From Chloroflexota bacterium (GTDB lineage: Bacteria; Chloroflexota; UBA6077; CF-72), in the NCBI GenBank assembly GCA_035309865.1, contig DATGER010000134.1:5331-69330 (forward strand): a DNA stretch of 64,000 nucleotides. The letters run 5' to 3'. Positions within the stretch are counted from its first letter, which is position 1; the number at the start of each line of letters is the position of its first letter. A program made the translations under genes and the position numbers. A model generated the notes under the pieces. The model made no database searches. It had not been told where the DNA came from and worked only from the letters and a program-made list of their open reading frames with translations. This document shows positions 45,561-54,512 of the stretch, one piece after another.

Positions 45561-45998
45561 ATGGCCAAGCAATTTCAGTACACGTTCGTCTTCAAGGCCG
45601 GCAATTTCGTAACGAAGAGCCTGCTGGCACTCGGGATCAGCTACAACGGCTCGGCGCTCATCACCGTGGCCGGCCGCAAGAGCGGCGTACCCCATTCGAC
45701 GCCCATCAGCCTGGTCGAGTTCGAAGGCCAGCGCTACGTCCAATCGCCCTTCGGCAGCGTCAACTGGGTGCGTAACCTGCGCGCCGCCGGCAAGGCCACG
45801 TTGAGCTGGGGCAGCCGCCACGAGACGATCGTCGCGACCGAGCTCAGCCCCGAACAGGCGGCCCCGGTCATCAAGTCGATGCTGGCCCATGCGCCGAAAA
45901 TGATCCAGGCGTATTTTGACGTCACCGCTGAGTCCAGCCTCGAGGACGTCATCCGCGACGCCCCGAACCACGCGGTGTTCGCCGTCCGCGCGGCCTAG
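45561..45998 (+). CDS. Deazaflavin (F420H2)-dependent nitroreductase/quinone reductase family protein (Ddn-like)
   Basis: ALITVAGRKSGVPHSTPISLVEFEGQRYVQSPFGSVNWVRNLRAAGKATL matches the GRKSG..R.TP...G..Y.V...G...WV.NL.A core of the family. AGGAGA RBS upstream. Confidence 0.7.
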   Translation: MAKQFQYTFVFKAGNFVTKSLLALGISYNGSALITVAGRKSGVPHSTPISLVEFEGQRYVQSPFGSVNWVRNLRAAGKATLSWGSRHETIVATELSPEQAAPVIKSMLAHAPKMIQAYFDVTAESSLEDVIRDAPNHAVFAVRAA

Positions 45999-46026
45999 CT
46001 CTGAAGTTCGCACCTCAACCCCTGGC

Positions 46027-46052
46027 CCCTCTCTCCTCCCGAGGAGAGGGGG
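46027..46052. terminator. GC-rich hairpin between convergent genes
   Basis: ccctctctcct-cccg-aggagaggggg: an ~11-bp stem (one G-U pair) with a 4-nt loop, between the Ddn-like (+) and sigma factor (-) 3' ends. Confidence 0.4.
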
Positions 46053-46081
46053 AATGATCGTCGCCGCCAAATGATCACCGC

Positions 46082-47296
46082 TTAGGTGAGGCGGGCGGCG
46101 CGTAGCGCGAGGTAGCGTTGCTCGGGCAGGCTGGCAGTCATGCGTGCCGCCCGGAGATAGGCCGCGCGGGCTTCGACGGCGTCCCCGGCCAACTCGAGCA
46201 GGTGCCCGCGGACCGCGGCGAGCCGGTGCGTGTGGGCCATGCGCTCGTCGGCGTCGAGCGTGCCGAGCAGCGCGAGCCCGGCTCGCGGCCCCTTCACCAT
46301 GGCGAGCGCGACCGCGCGGTTGAGGGTGACGACCGGACCTGGCGCGACACGTTCGAGCACCTCGTACAGCGCCAGAATTTGCGGCCAGTCCGTTTCACTG
46401 TCGCTCGGCGCTTCGTCGTGCACCGCGGCGATCGCGGCCTGCAGTTGATACGGGCCAATCGGCGCCTTGCCGAGGGTCCGCGTGACCAGCGCCACGCCCT
46501 CCTCGATCTGGGCCGCGTTCCAGCGCTCGCGCGGCTGTTCGGCGAGCGGGACCAGCGATCCGTCCGGCGTCGTCCGGGCCGCTCGCCGGGCATCGGTCAG
46601 CAGCATGAGGGCGAGCAGACCGGCCACCTCGCCGTCCCCGGGCATCAACTGCTGGACCAGGCGCGCCAGCCGGATGGCCTCCGAGGTGAGGTCGGCGCGC
46701 TGCAGCGCGGGACCCGAGCTCGAGGTGTAGCCCTCGTTGAAGACCAGATACAGCACGTGCAGCACCACGCGGAGGCGTTCGGCGCGCTCCGGCTCCGGCG
46801 GCAGCTCGAATCTGACGTCCGAATGCCGAATGGTCTGTTTGGCGCGGCTGATGCGCTGGGCCATCGTCGCTTCGGGCACCAGGAACGCATTCGCGATCTC
46901 TGCCGTCGTCAGCCCACCGACCGCCCGCAGCGTGAGGGCCAGCTGCGACGGCACCGACAGCGAGGGATGGCAGCACAGGTACAGCAGCGTGAGTGTGTCA
47001 TCCTGGTCGGCGGGCTGCATCTGGCCGGGCAATTCGAGGGCGACGGCGGACTCCTCGCGCCGGCGGCGCGCGCTGTCGCTCCGCCACTCGTCGACGAGAC
47101 GCCGGGCGGCGACCGTCACGAGCCACGCGCGCGGATTGTCGGGCACGCCCTCCGCGTCCCATTGGAGCGCCGCGGCGAGCAGCGCCTCCTGGACGGCATC
47201 CTCGCACGCGTCGAACTGTCCGTGCCGCCGCACCAGGGTGCCGAGAACCTGCGGCGCCAGGTCGCGCAGCAGGCTCTCGATGGGGACGTGGGTCAC
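46082..47296 (-). CDS. ECF-type RNA polymerase sigma factor with a long C-terminal TPR-like extension
   Basis: Region 2 (EDAVQEALLAAALQW...NPRAWLVTVAARRLVDEWR) and region 4 (GGLTTAEIANAFLVPEATMAQRISRAKQTI), followed by a ~230-aa helical extension. Coupled to an upstream YciI gene. Confidence 0.85.
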   Translation of the reverse strand: MTHVPIESLLRDLAPQVLGTLVRRHGQFDACEDAVQEALLAAALQWDAEGVPDNPRAWLVTVAARRLVDEWRSDSARRRREESAVALELPGQMQPADQDDTLTLLYLCCHPSLSVPSQLALTLRAVGGLTTAEIANAFLVPEATMAQRISRAKQTIRHSDVRFELPPEPERAERLRVVLHVLYLVFNEGYTSSSGPALQRADLTSEAIRLARLVQQLMPGDGEVAGLLALMLLTDARRAARTTPDGSLVPLAEQPRERWNAAQIEEGVALVTRTLGKAPIGPYQLQAAIAAVHDEAPSDSETDWPQILALYEVLERVAPGPVVTLNRAVALAMVKGPRAGLALLGTLDADERMAHTHRLAAVRGHLLELAGDAVEARAAYLRAARMTASLPEQRYLALRAARLT

Positions 47297-47667
47297 AGCT
47301 CCGGTGGGGCGTCCATGATCTGTCGGATCTCGATCGGCGGTGCGCCCACCAGGCCGATGAAGGCCACGACTCGCGACGCCAGTTCGATCGCCCGCGCTTC
47401 GCCGTCGACGTCGACGATCCAGTATCCGGCCAGCGATTCCTTCGATTCGGCATACGGGCCGTCGGTCGCGACGGGGATACCGTTTTTCAGGCTCACCGTC
47501 TTCGCCTGACTGGCATCGGCCAGGCCCTCGGCGTCCACCAGTTCACCCGAGGCGGTGAGATCGGCGTTGAACCGGTGCATGAAGTCGAACATCTCGGTGA
47601 TCCATTCGCGCGACTGGTTCTCCAGCATCGTGGACGGGGCCCCGAACATCATGATCATGTACTTCAT
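47293..47667 (-). CDS. YciI family protein
   Basis: 124 aa. MKYMIMMFG...DGPYAESKESLAGYWIVDV is the typical YciI/DGPF pattern. 4-nt overlap with the sigma factor start. Confidence 0.8.
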   Translation of the reverse strand: MKYMIMMFGAPSTMLENQSREWITEMFDFMHRFNADLTASGELVDAEGLADASQAKTVSLKNGIPVATDGPYAESKESLAGYWIVDVDGEARAIELASRVVAFIGLVGAPPIEIRQIMDAPPEL

Positions 47668-47760
47668 TGGTGTGCATTCTCCCTGGGTGATTCGCGGTCA
47701 CACTCCTCGGTCGGAGCCGTCGCGCCGGGCTCGACATCGGACACAATAACGGACACGCTG

Positions 47761-48579
47761 ATGTCAACCGATCGAGATGTCGCGCGCTGCCTCAGCTCCA
47801 TTCGAGAGCTGTCCGCGGCGCTGGCGGCCGAGCTGGTGTCACTTCGGCCCGCGGCGTGGGATGGTCCGACGAACTGTCCACCCTGGCGGGTGCGTGACCT
47901 GGTCGCTCACGTGGTGGTCAGCGGCGAGGGCTTCGCGGCCAGCGTTCGCCAGGGGCTGGCGGGGTCCGTCGAGCCGAGTATCACCAGTGAGGCGCGTGCG
48001 CGGCGGCAGACCGAGATCGAGACGGCGGGCCCGCGGAACGCGGCGCGGGCGCTGCAGGCGGTCACCGACGACTTCGCGGCGCTGTATGCCGGCCTCGCTG
48101 ACGATCAGTTGGCGACGATCTGCTTCCATCGGCGTGGAAATCGCTCGGTCCGCTGGTACGCGGCGCACCGCCTGGCCGAGGTGGCGTTTCACTGGTGGGA
48201 CGTGCAGGTCTCGCTCGGACACGAGCCGGAGCTGAATGAGCAGGTCGCGGCGCTGCTGTTGCCGACCCTGCTGGAGAGCAACGCCCCGCGGACCTACGCC
48301 GTCGGCCTGACGCCGCGACGGGGCAGTGGGGAGCGCTATCTGCTGGCGGTCGCGGACGACCCGCTGGCGCGGTGGCTGGTCACGATCGAGCCCGACAGGC
48401 TCGAAGCCCGGCGGGCCGATGCACCGGCGGACCTGACCGTCACGGGCTCGGCGGCGGCCCTGGCGCTGCTGGCGTACGGCCGTTTCGAGCTGCCAGCGCT
48501 GATGCAGTCTGGTGCGCTCCGCGTGGCCGGCGATCTGACCCTGACCGATCGATTCGCGCTGATCTTCCCCCGGCCATGA
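47761..48579 (+). CDS. Maleylpyruvate isomerase family mycothiol-dependent (DinB-like) protein
   Basis: Start at ATG 47761 inside the long ORF 46993..48579. ...AWDGPTNCPPWRVRDLVAHVV... is the N-terminal domain, and the C-terminal ...GALRVAGDLTLTDRFALIFPRP is an SCP2-like tail. Confidence 0.75.
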   Translation: MSTDRDVARCLSSIRELSAALAAELVSLRPAAWDGPTNCPPWRVRDLVAHVVVSGEGFAASVRQGLAGSVEPSITSEARARRQTEIETAGPRNAARALQAVTDDFAALYAGLADDQLATICFHRRGNRSVRWYAAHRLAEVAFHWWDVQVSLGHEPELNEQVAALLLPTLLESNAPRTYAVGLTPRRGSGERYLLAVADDPLARWLVTIEPDRLEARRADAPADLTVTGSAAALALLAYGRFELPALMQSGALRVAGDLTLTDRFALIFPRP

Positions 48580-48616
48580 CCTGCCGAATGCGCCGGCGCT
48601 CGTTCGACGTGTTGGT

Positions 48617-48974
48617 ATGCGAAAGATCATCCTGACAGAGTGGGTGAGCATTGACGGCTTCACCTCCGGGCCAGACAACGACACAAGCTTACATAGGAGT
48701 ATTGAGCGAGATTAACTCCGAAGCGATCAACAAGCTCAAACAAGGAGAAGCTAAAGAAAACTTGATCTATGGGAGCGCCAGCCGTGTGCAGCAACTCACC
48801 AATCTGGGCCTGATTGACGAGTATCCGATCCTGGTGCTTCTCACTATGCTGGGCGGTAGAAAAGCACTCTTCAAGGATATCAAAGCAAAGCGTACACTGA
48901 AGCTTGTCAGCGCCCGGCCATTCAATTCAGGCGTTGTCGTGATGACCTACCAACCCCGAGGAGCGTCAGTTTGA
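48617..48974 (+). pseudogene. Dihydrofolate-reductase-like (RibD C-terminal domain) family gene remnant with an internal deletion; low-GC island
   Basis: ATG 48617 gives MRKIILTEWVSIDGFTSGPDNDTS, then a stop after a few codons. Another frame (ORF 48651..48974) encodes the family's C-terminal part, ...KLKQGEAKENLIYGSASRVQQLTNLGLIDEYPILVLLTMLGGRKALFKD...LKLVSARPFNSGVVVMTYQP. The middle ~70 aa are missing. Local GC is visibly ~50% versus ~70% in the flanks. Confidence 0.65.
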
Positions 48975-50128
48975 GGTTCGGAGCGTTCTTTTTCGGCACG
49001 GTCGACATGCCGGACGCCGGTCTCGACGGGCCGCCCGCACACCGGCGACGGTACACGCAGGCCGACTACCTGAACGTGTACCGCGACCTGACCGCGTATG
49101 CCCAGAAAGCCGAAGAGCTCGGCTTCGACTCGATGTGGACCGCGGAGCACCACTTTCAGAATCACGGCTTCGAGGTGGTGCCGAACGTGATCCTGCTGAA
49201 TGCGGTGCTGGCTCAGCGCACCCGGACCCTGCGCTTCGGCTCGCTGGTGCACGTGCTTACGACGTGGCACCCGGTGCGGTTTGCCGAAGACTTCGCGCTC
49301 GCCGATGTGCTGTCCGGTGGCCGCCTGCTGTGCGGCCTCGGCCGCGGCACGGAGCCGCGGGAGTCGAATCCATTTGGCGTCAATGTTGGCTGGAACGCCG
49401 ATGCGGACGACGTGCGCAACCGCCAGGTCTTCGAAGAGCAGGTCGCGATCTTCAAGTTGGCGACCACCCACGAGCAGTTCAGCTTTCGCGGCAAGCACTA
49501 CGTCTTCCCACCCGACGGGCTGGAGTTCCGCGACGAACCGGTGACGCGCTTGCCGCTGGTGCCCCGTCCAGTCCAGACGCCGGTGCGCATCTACCAGGCA
49601 GTGAGCAGCGACGACACGATGCAGTACGCCGCGCGGGAGCGTCACGTTGCCGTCTTGTGGCAGGTTCCCCGGGATCGGCTGGTCCCGACCTGGCGCCGCT
49701 ACCAGCAGCTCGTCGAGGAGCTCCACGGCGTCGCGTTGCGGCCCGGCGAAGACCGCATGCTGGTGGTGAATATGCAGATCGGCGACTCCACCGAGGCCGC
49801 GATGCGCGCCGCTCGACCGGGTCACGATGAGCTGCGCAAACTCATCTGGCCGAACATCGTCAAGCGGAACCCGGCGCTGGCCGGCCGGCCAGCGCCGTCG
49901 CTCGAGGAATCGATGGCCTCCGGCGCGTGGCTGGTGGGGACTGCCGAGGCGGTCCGCGACCAGTTCCTGGAGTGGCAAGCGGAGCTGGGGCTGGAGGACC
50001 TGACGATCTTTCCGCACTTCCCGGGGATGACCCAGCACGACACCCTGCGCCAGTTGGAGCGATTTCATGCGGAGGTCATGCCCGCGCTCAATCGAGCGGC
50101 GTCGCATGCGGAGGTTCGAGTGTGTTGA
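48971..50128 (+). CDS. LLM-class (luciferase-like) flavin/F420-dependent oxidoreductase
   Basis: MRFGAFFFG...ELGFDSMWTAEHHF...RLLCGLGRG is the typical LLM TIM-barrel pattern. TTG start. Confidence 0.8.
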   Translation: MRFGAFFFGTVDMPDAGLDGPPAHRRRYTQADYLNVYRDLTAYAQKAEELGFDSMWTAEHHFQNHGFEVVPNVILLNAVLAQRTRTLRFGSLVHVLTTWHPVRFAEDFALADVLSGGRLLCGLGRGTEPRESNPFGVNVGWNADADDVRNRQVFEEQVAIFKLATTHEQFSFRGKHYVFPPDGLEFRDEPVTRLPLVPRPVQTPVRIYQAVSSDDTMQYAARERHVAVLWQVPRDRLVPTWRRYQQLVEELHGVALRPGEDRMLVVNMQIGDSTEAAMRAARPGHDELRKLIWPNIVKRNPALAGRPAPSLEESMASGAWLVGTAEAVRDQFLEWQAELGLEDLTIFPHFPGMTQHDTLRQLERFHAEVMPALNRAASHAEVRVC

Positions 50129-50994
50129 AAGTGCTGCCCACCGTTTCGAAGACCAGCGTCCACGGACCCATCCCGCCACATCGGTTCTGGGGGTACTACA
50201 CCGGGCCCGAGATCGCCCAGCTGGCGGCCGAGGATCCGAACGCGACGGCCGTGCTGAACGTCGGCGCGGTCGAGCAGCACGGGCCGCACCTGCCGGTGAT
50301 GACCGACACCTTGAATGGCATGGAAGTGCTGGGCGCGGCCCTGGCGCGTTTGCCGGCTGAGGTGGTGGTCCTGGCCCTGCCGCCGACCAACCTCGGCAAG
50401 AGCGAGGAGCACCGCGACTTTCCCGGGACCCTGTCCTATCGCGCGGACACGCTGCGCATGGTGCTCCTCGACATCGCCACGTCCGTCGCCCGGAGCGGCT
50501 TCAACAAGCTCCTGCTCTTCGGGACCCACGGCGGCAATGTCGGCGCGATCGACGACTATTTTCGCGATCTGCGCATCGAGACGGGCATGCGGATCTTCAA
50601 GATTCATTCGGGCAGCCTCGGCAACGTGCCCGGCCTGATCAGCCCCGCCGAGGCGGCCGTGGCCATGCACGCCGGCGACTCCGAGACGTCGATGGTGCGC
50701 TATCTGGCGCCCGAGCTGGTCCAGATGGAGCGCGCCGAGGGCTACCTGTACGCGCCGAATCCGGACATCGGCTACTCGTTCAAAGGCAATGAAGTGATCG
50801 AGGCCTGGGTAACGCCCGACCTGTCGCCAACTGGCGCCATCGGCAATCCGCACCTGTCGTCACCGGACAAGGGTCGGATTCAGTTCGAAGCGATGGTTTC
50901 GCGCCTGGCCGAGCTGTTGGAGGCGGTCTATCGCTGCCCGCCCCGCGAGGTCTACCTGGCCCCAGCCGCACTCGCCGACGCGCACACGGGCTGA
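50122..50994 (+). CDS. Creatininase family amidohydrolase
   Basis: VLNVGAVEQHGPHLPVMTD, LLFGTHGGN and HAGDSETS motifs. The start is ambiguous (GTG 50122, TTG 50125 or GTG 50131) and overlaps the LLM stop. Confidence 0.8.
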   Translation: MLKVLPTVSKTSVHGPIPPHRFWGYYTGPEIAQLAAEDPNATAVLNVGAVEQHGPHLPVMTDTLNGMEVLGAALARLPAEVVVLALPPTNLGKSEEHRDFPGTLSYRADTLRMVLLDIATSVARSGFNKLLLFGTHGGNVGAIDDYFRDLRIETGMRIFKIHSGSLGNVPGLISPAEAAVAMHAGDSETSMVRYLAPELVQMERAEGYLYAPNPDIGYSFKGNEVIEAWVTPDLSPTGAIGNPHLSSPDKGRIQFEAMVSRLAELLEAVYRCPPREVYLAPAALADAHTG

Positions 50995-51021
50995 GTCGGC
51001 GAGTGCTCAGCGCACGCGGGC

Positions 51022-52110
51022 TCAGAAGTCGATCACGCTCTTGAGCGTCTCGCCCCGCTCCATGGCTGCAAATGCCGCCTGGACCTGGTCCAGCTGAACC
51101 CGCTGGGTGATGAGCTGGTCGAGCAGGAGGTCGCCCTTCAGATACCAGTCCACCAGCAGCGGAAAGTCACGCGACGGCAAGCAGTCGCCGTACCAGCTGA
51201 CGCGGAGGGACCCGCCGAGGTCGAAAAAGCGCGGCAGGTTGACGCTGATCGCGCTGCCGCGGGCGGGCACGCCGATGAGCGTCGCCACCCCGGCCAGGTC
51301 GCGGCATTCGAGCACCTGCGCGAGTACGTCCGGGTGGCCGACCGCTTCGAACGCGAAGTCGACGCCAGATCCATCGGTCAACTCTCGAATGGCCTGAACG
51401 GCGTCGGACTCGCTGGCGTTGACGGTGTGTGTGGCGCCGAACTGACGCGCCCATTCCAGTTTGCGAGGCGCGATGTCGACCGCGATGATGCGCGCCGCAT
51501 GTGCCAGCCGAGCACCTTGAAGCACGCTCGTGCCGACGGTGCCACAACCAAAGACCGCCACGCTGCTGCCGGCGCGCACGCCGGCCGTATACAGCGCCGC
51601 GCCGACGCCGGTCATGACTCCGCAACCGATCAGGCTGGCTTGCGCGGCGGGAATCGCGCGCGAGACCGGAATTGCCTGTCGCGCGGCGACGACCGTGTGT
51701 GAGGCGAAGGTTCCGATCCCCAGCAGCGGCGGTGGGAACGTTCCGGCGGGCGTGTGCTGGCGGGGCTGCGCGTTCAGGCTCGCGGCGCACAGGTGCAGCC
51801 GACCCTGACGGCAGAAGCGGCACACGCCGCACGGAGCTCGCCAGGCCAGGATGACATAATCGCCGACACGGGGTTCCGCGACACCCGCTCCGACGGCCTC
51901 GACGACGCCGGCGCCTTCGTGCCCGAGCAGGATCGGCGGCGTGCCAATGTGGCCGCGCTGCACGTGCAGGTCGGTATGGCACACGCCGCTCGCCTCAATG
52001 CGGACGAGCACCTCGCCGGGACCAGGCGCGTCCACCACGATGGGCTCCGGCGTGACGGCGGCCCCGGCCTCCCAGACGATCACACCACGCGTTTCAATCG
52101 GCATACGCAC
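51022..52110 (-). CDS. Zinc-dependent alcohol dehydrogenase (class III/mycothiol-formaldehyde-dehydrogenase-like)
   Basis: GVCHTDLH, the structural-zinc cluster CGVCRFCRQGRLHLC and the Rossmann motif AVFGCGTVG. Confidence 0.85.
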   Translation of the reverse strand: MRMPIETRGVIVWEAGAAVTPEPIVVDAPGPGEVLVRIEASGVCHTDLHVQRGHIGTPPILLGHEGAGVVEAVGAGVAEPRVGDYVILAWRAPCGVCRFCRQGRLHLCAASLNAQPRQHTPAGTFPPPLLGIGTFASHTVVAARQAIPVSRAIPAAQASLIGCGVMTGVGAALYTAGVRAGSSVAVFGCGTVGTSVLQGARLAHAARIIAVDIAPRKLEWARQFGATHTVNASESDAVQAIRELTDGSGVDFAFEAVGHPDVLAQVLECRDLAGVATLIGVPARGSAISVNLPRFFDLGGSLRVSWYGDCLPSRDFPLLVDWYLKGDLLLDQLITQRVQLDQVQAAFAAMERGETLKSVIDF

Positions 52111-52215
52111 CTCTCGCGAAAGTTGCCCCTCTAGCTTAGGCAGCCCTGAACGTTATGCGCCTTCACGTTCCCTGGTCGAACCTGGCTGGATCCAGGCGCC
52201 GCCGGTGCCAGGCCG

Positions 52216-53469
52216 TCATTCGACGCCGCGGTACAGCATCTCGCCCGCGTTGTGGACGGTTAGCAGACCTTCGGCCGCGCGGTTCTCCCAGGCAGCGGGA
52301 TCGATGTCGCGGTAGTCCAGATAGCCGAGATTGATGCGCCGGCACCGATCTTCGGGGATGCCCGTCGCCAGCGTGACCTGGATCCGGGGTGCCTCGATGC
52401 CCGAGCTCACGTCGAAGGTGCCGGTGCCTTTGACGTGCGTGCTGTGGGCCTTGATCATGCCTGGCACGCCTTCGAACCGCGCCGGTTGCTTCAGGAAATA
52501 GTCGCGCACGTGGTAGCCGACGGCGTCGATCAGCTTGCCGTGAGTGAACGACACCTCGGTCAGGTGCGGCGCGTAGATGACGACCTCGCCGCCATCGGCG
52601 ACGGCGGGCTCGGTCTTGTACATCGCCTTGGCGGCGGTCCACAGGTCGTCGTAGATCTTCGATGGCATCGACAGCACGCGCTTGAAGCGCCGTGGCACCT
52701 GGACGATCTCGAGCTGGCCCGAGAGGTCGGCAGCGGCGCTCCACGCGTCCACTGAATTGCCGACGTACATGCCGTGGAAGGCCTGGCCCTTGACGACCAG
52801 GGCGATGCACAGCACCGGACGAGGCACCAGTTCCGCCGCACGGTGAATGATCCGTCGGGTCGGCGTGTCCTTGACGCCGATGGTCTGCAGGCTGGTTACG
52901 AGGGCGCCTAGCCAGTGACTGGCGTTGATGATGTCGGGGCCGGCGATGCCGGGAAAGAGGTACTTGGCGCCGCCGGAGAAGCCGGCCACCTCGTGCGGGA
53001 ACACGGGGCCGCAGATGATCAGCTGATCGTAGTCCAGGATGCGCCGGTTGAGCGTCACATCGATCGCCTGGCTCAGCAGGCCGTTGGTGATGCGCTCGAC
53101 TTCCGGAGCCGCGATCGACCCGATCGTTTGCAGGGTGTCGGCGCGGTCCCAGGTGTGATTGAAGATCTGGACGTTCGGATACCGGTCCGCGCGGCCGGCC
53201 GCCGGGACGCCGACCAGTTTGTCCACCGCGGCCTCCGACATCGGCGGATGCGTGCCCAACGCAATCAAGTAATCCAGCTGCGCGACGCGCTTCCCAAGCA
53301 CGTCGTGCAGCAGTCGGAACAGGGTCGGTATCGGCGCATTGCGCGTGCCATCCGGGATGAGCACGAGCACGCGCCGGCCATCCAGCGCCATCGCGTCGCA
53401 CTCCGCGGCGAGCAACTCCAGGGCCACCGCGCTGTCCAGAAGTTCGGTCGCGGACCCCTGGCCGTGCAT
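52216..53469 (-). CDS. LarA-like (nickel-pincer-cofactor-dependent 2-hydroxyacid racemase/epimerase family, DUF2088) protein
   Basis: Start moved to ATG 53469. RVLVLIPDGTRNAP (compare DHTRP), LIALGTHPPM and HEVAGFSGGAKYLFPGIAG (compare SHFFAGFSGGRKSVLPGIAS in LarA, Lys retained). The 91 upstream codons of the ORF track are encoded by the 51-nt tandem repeat and are treated as non-coding. Confidence 0.75.
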   Translation of the reverse strand: MHGQGSATELLDSAVALELLAAECDAMALDGRRVLVLIPDGTRNAPIPTLFRLLHDVLGKRVAQLDYLIALGTHPPMSEAAVDKLVGVPAAGRADRYPNVQIFNHTWDRADTLQTIGSIAAPEVERITNGLLSQAIDVTLNRRILDYDQLIICGPVFPHEVAGFSGGAKYLFPGIAGPDIINASHWLGALVTSLQTIGVKDTPTRRIIHRAAELVPRPVLCIALVVKGQAFHGMYVGNSVDAWSAAADLSGQLEIVQVPRRFKRVLSMPSKIYDDLWTAAKAMYKTEPAVADGGEVVIYAPHLTEVSFTHGKLIDAVGYHVRDYFLKQPARFEGVPGMIKAHSTHVKGTGTFDVSSGIEAPRIQVTLATGIPEDRCRRINLGYLDYRDIDPAAWENRAAEGLLTVHNAGEMLYRGVE

Positions 53470-53546
53470 CAGATGGACGCTGCCTCCAGGCTGCTGGCAT
53501 GAGTGCGGCGAAGTAATCGTTGGACAGGACGTCCCGGGGGGCATGG

Positions 53547-53750
53547 GTGCACCGCCGAACGGCCGCGAGCGATCGGCGCGAGACGGACAGCCCCGGTCCA
53601 CGCAGCGGCACGCTCGGAGCGAGCGCAGCGACACGGACAGGCCGCGGTCCTCGCAGCGGCACGCTCGAAGCGAGCGCCACGACACGGACCGGCCCCGGTC
53701 CACGCAGCGGCACCCTCGGAGCGAGCGCAGCGATGCGGGCAAGCGGGGGC
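53547..53750. repeat. 51-nt tandem repeat x4 containing the dispersed repeat core
   Basis: Units start at 53547 (degenerate), 53598, 53649 and 53700, for example ccacgcagcggcacgctcggagcgagcgcagcgacacggacaggccgcggt. The last unit ends with the canonical core ggagcgagcgcagcgatgcgggc. Confidence 0.85.
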
Positions 53751-53769
53751 TGTGTGGCTCACGGACCGT

Positions 53770-54396
53770 TCAATCGCGGGCGGCGGCGGGGGCGAGCTCG
53801 TTCCAGATCAATTCGGACTCTCGCAGGCGCGCGTGCAGGGCGCGGAAGGCGCGCCACATCTCGTCGACCGCGGCGTGCGCGGCGGCCGAATCGGCCTGGT
53901 CCAGGGCACTGCTGAGGCGCGTGGCAGCCTGCGCCTGGGCGGCGGCATTGTCCTGGGCGGCTCGGGCGAGCGCGGTGCTGGCCGCGAGGTGACGCTCCAG
54001 CAGGGCCGCTGGGGTTGCCGACGGTTCCAAACGGGTCGACCCACCATACCGGTACGGCAGCGGCGTTCCACCTTCCTGGTCCCACTGCGTGTGCGTCGGC
54101 TCGATGTGCGGCGTCACCGATAGATACAGCGTCATCGGCCGGTCGCCGACGATGCGTATTTCGTGCCATTCGCCCGCTCGCGCGACGCACATCTGGCCCG
54201 GCCCGAGCACGGCCGACTGCCCCGCAATCGTGAACTCCGCCTGGCCGTCCACCACCAGGAACATCTCGTGACCGACGTCGTGAGTGTGACCGTGGCTGAC
54301 CTGGCCCGGCTCGAAGCGCATGATGCGCGATCGGATCTCGGGTGTTATGAAGAGATTCCGGATGTCCGTCCGAGCGTCAAAAACTTCGAGCGCCAC
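53770..54396 (-). CDS. Cupin domain protein with an Ala-rich helical C-terminal tail
   Basis: GQVSHGHTHDVGHEMFLVVDG...AGEWHEIR cupin motifs. 208 aa. Confidence 0.75.
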   Translation of the reverse strand: MALEVFDARTDIRNLFITPEIRSRIMRFEPGQVSHGHTHDVGHEMFLVVDGQAEFTIAGQSAVLGPGQMCVARAGEWHEIRIVGDRPMTLYLSVTPHIEPTHTQWDQEGGTPLPYRYGGSTRLEPSATPAALLERHLAASTALARAAQDNAAAQAQAATRLSSALDQADSAAAHAAVDEMWRAFRALHARLRESELIWNELAPAAARD

Positions 54397-54512
54397 GCGT
54401 CTCCTCCTGCAGCCCGTTCATCGAACGAAGCTCTGCTGACATGCCGCCCAGCGGCTGACTTTCGGACGATTGTCTCGCAACCTTGAACGGGAGCCCGGGC
54501 TGAATGAAGTTT

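Noticed and set aside
53470-53742. N-terminal 91-codon extension of the LarA-like ORF containing 17-aa Cys/Arg repeats (SLRACRCVDRG).
   Set aside because: It is encoded entirely by the 51-nt tandem array of the intergenic repeat core. The array stays open only because 51 is divisible by 3, and a complete LarA-type N-terminus begins at ATG 53469. I kept it as a finding to be tested rather than as a CDS.
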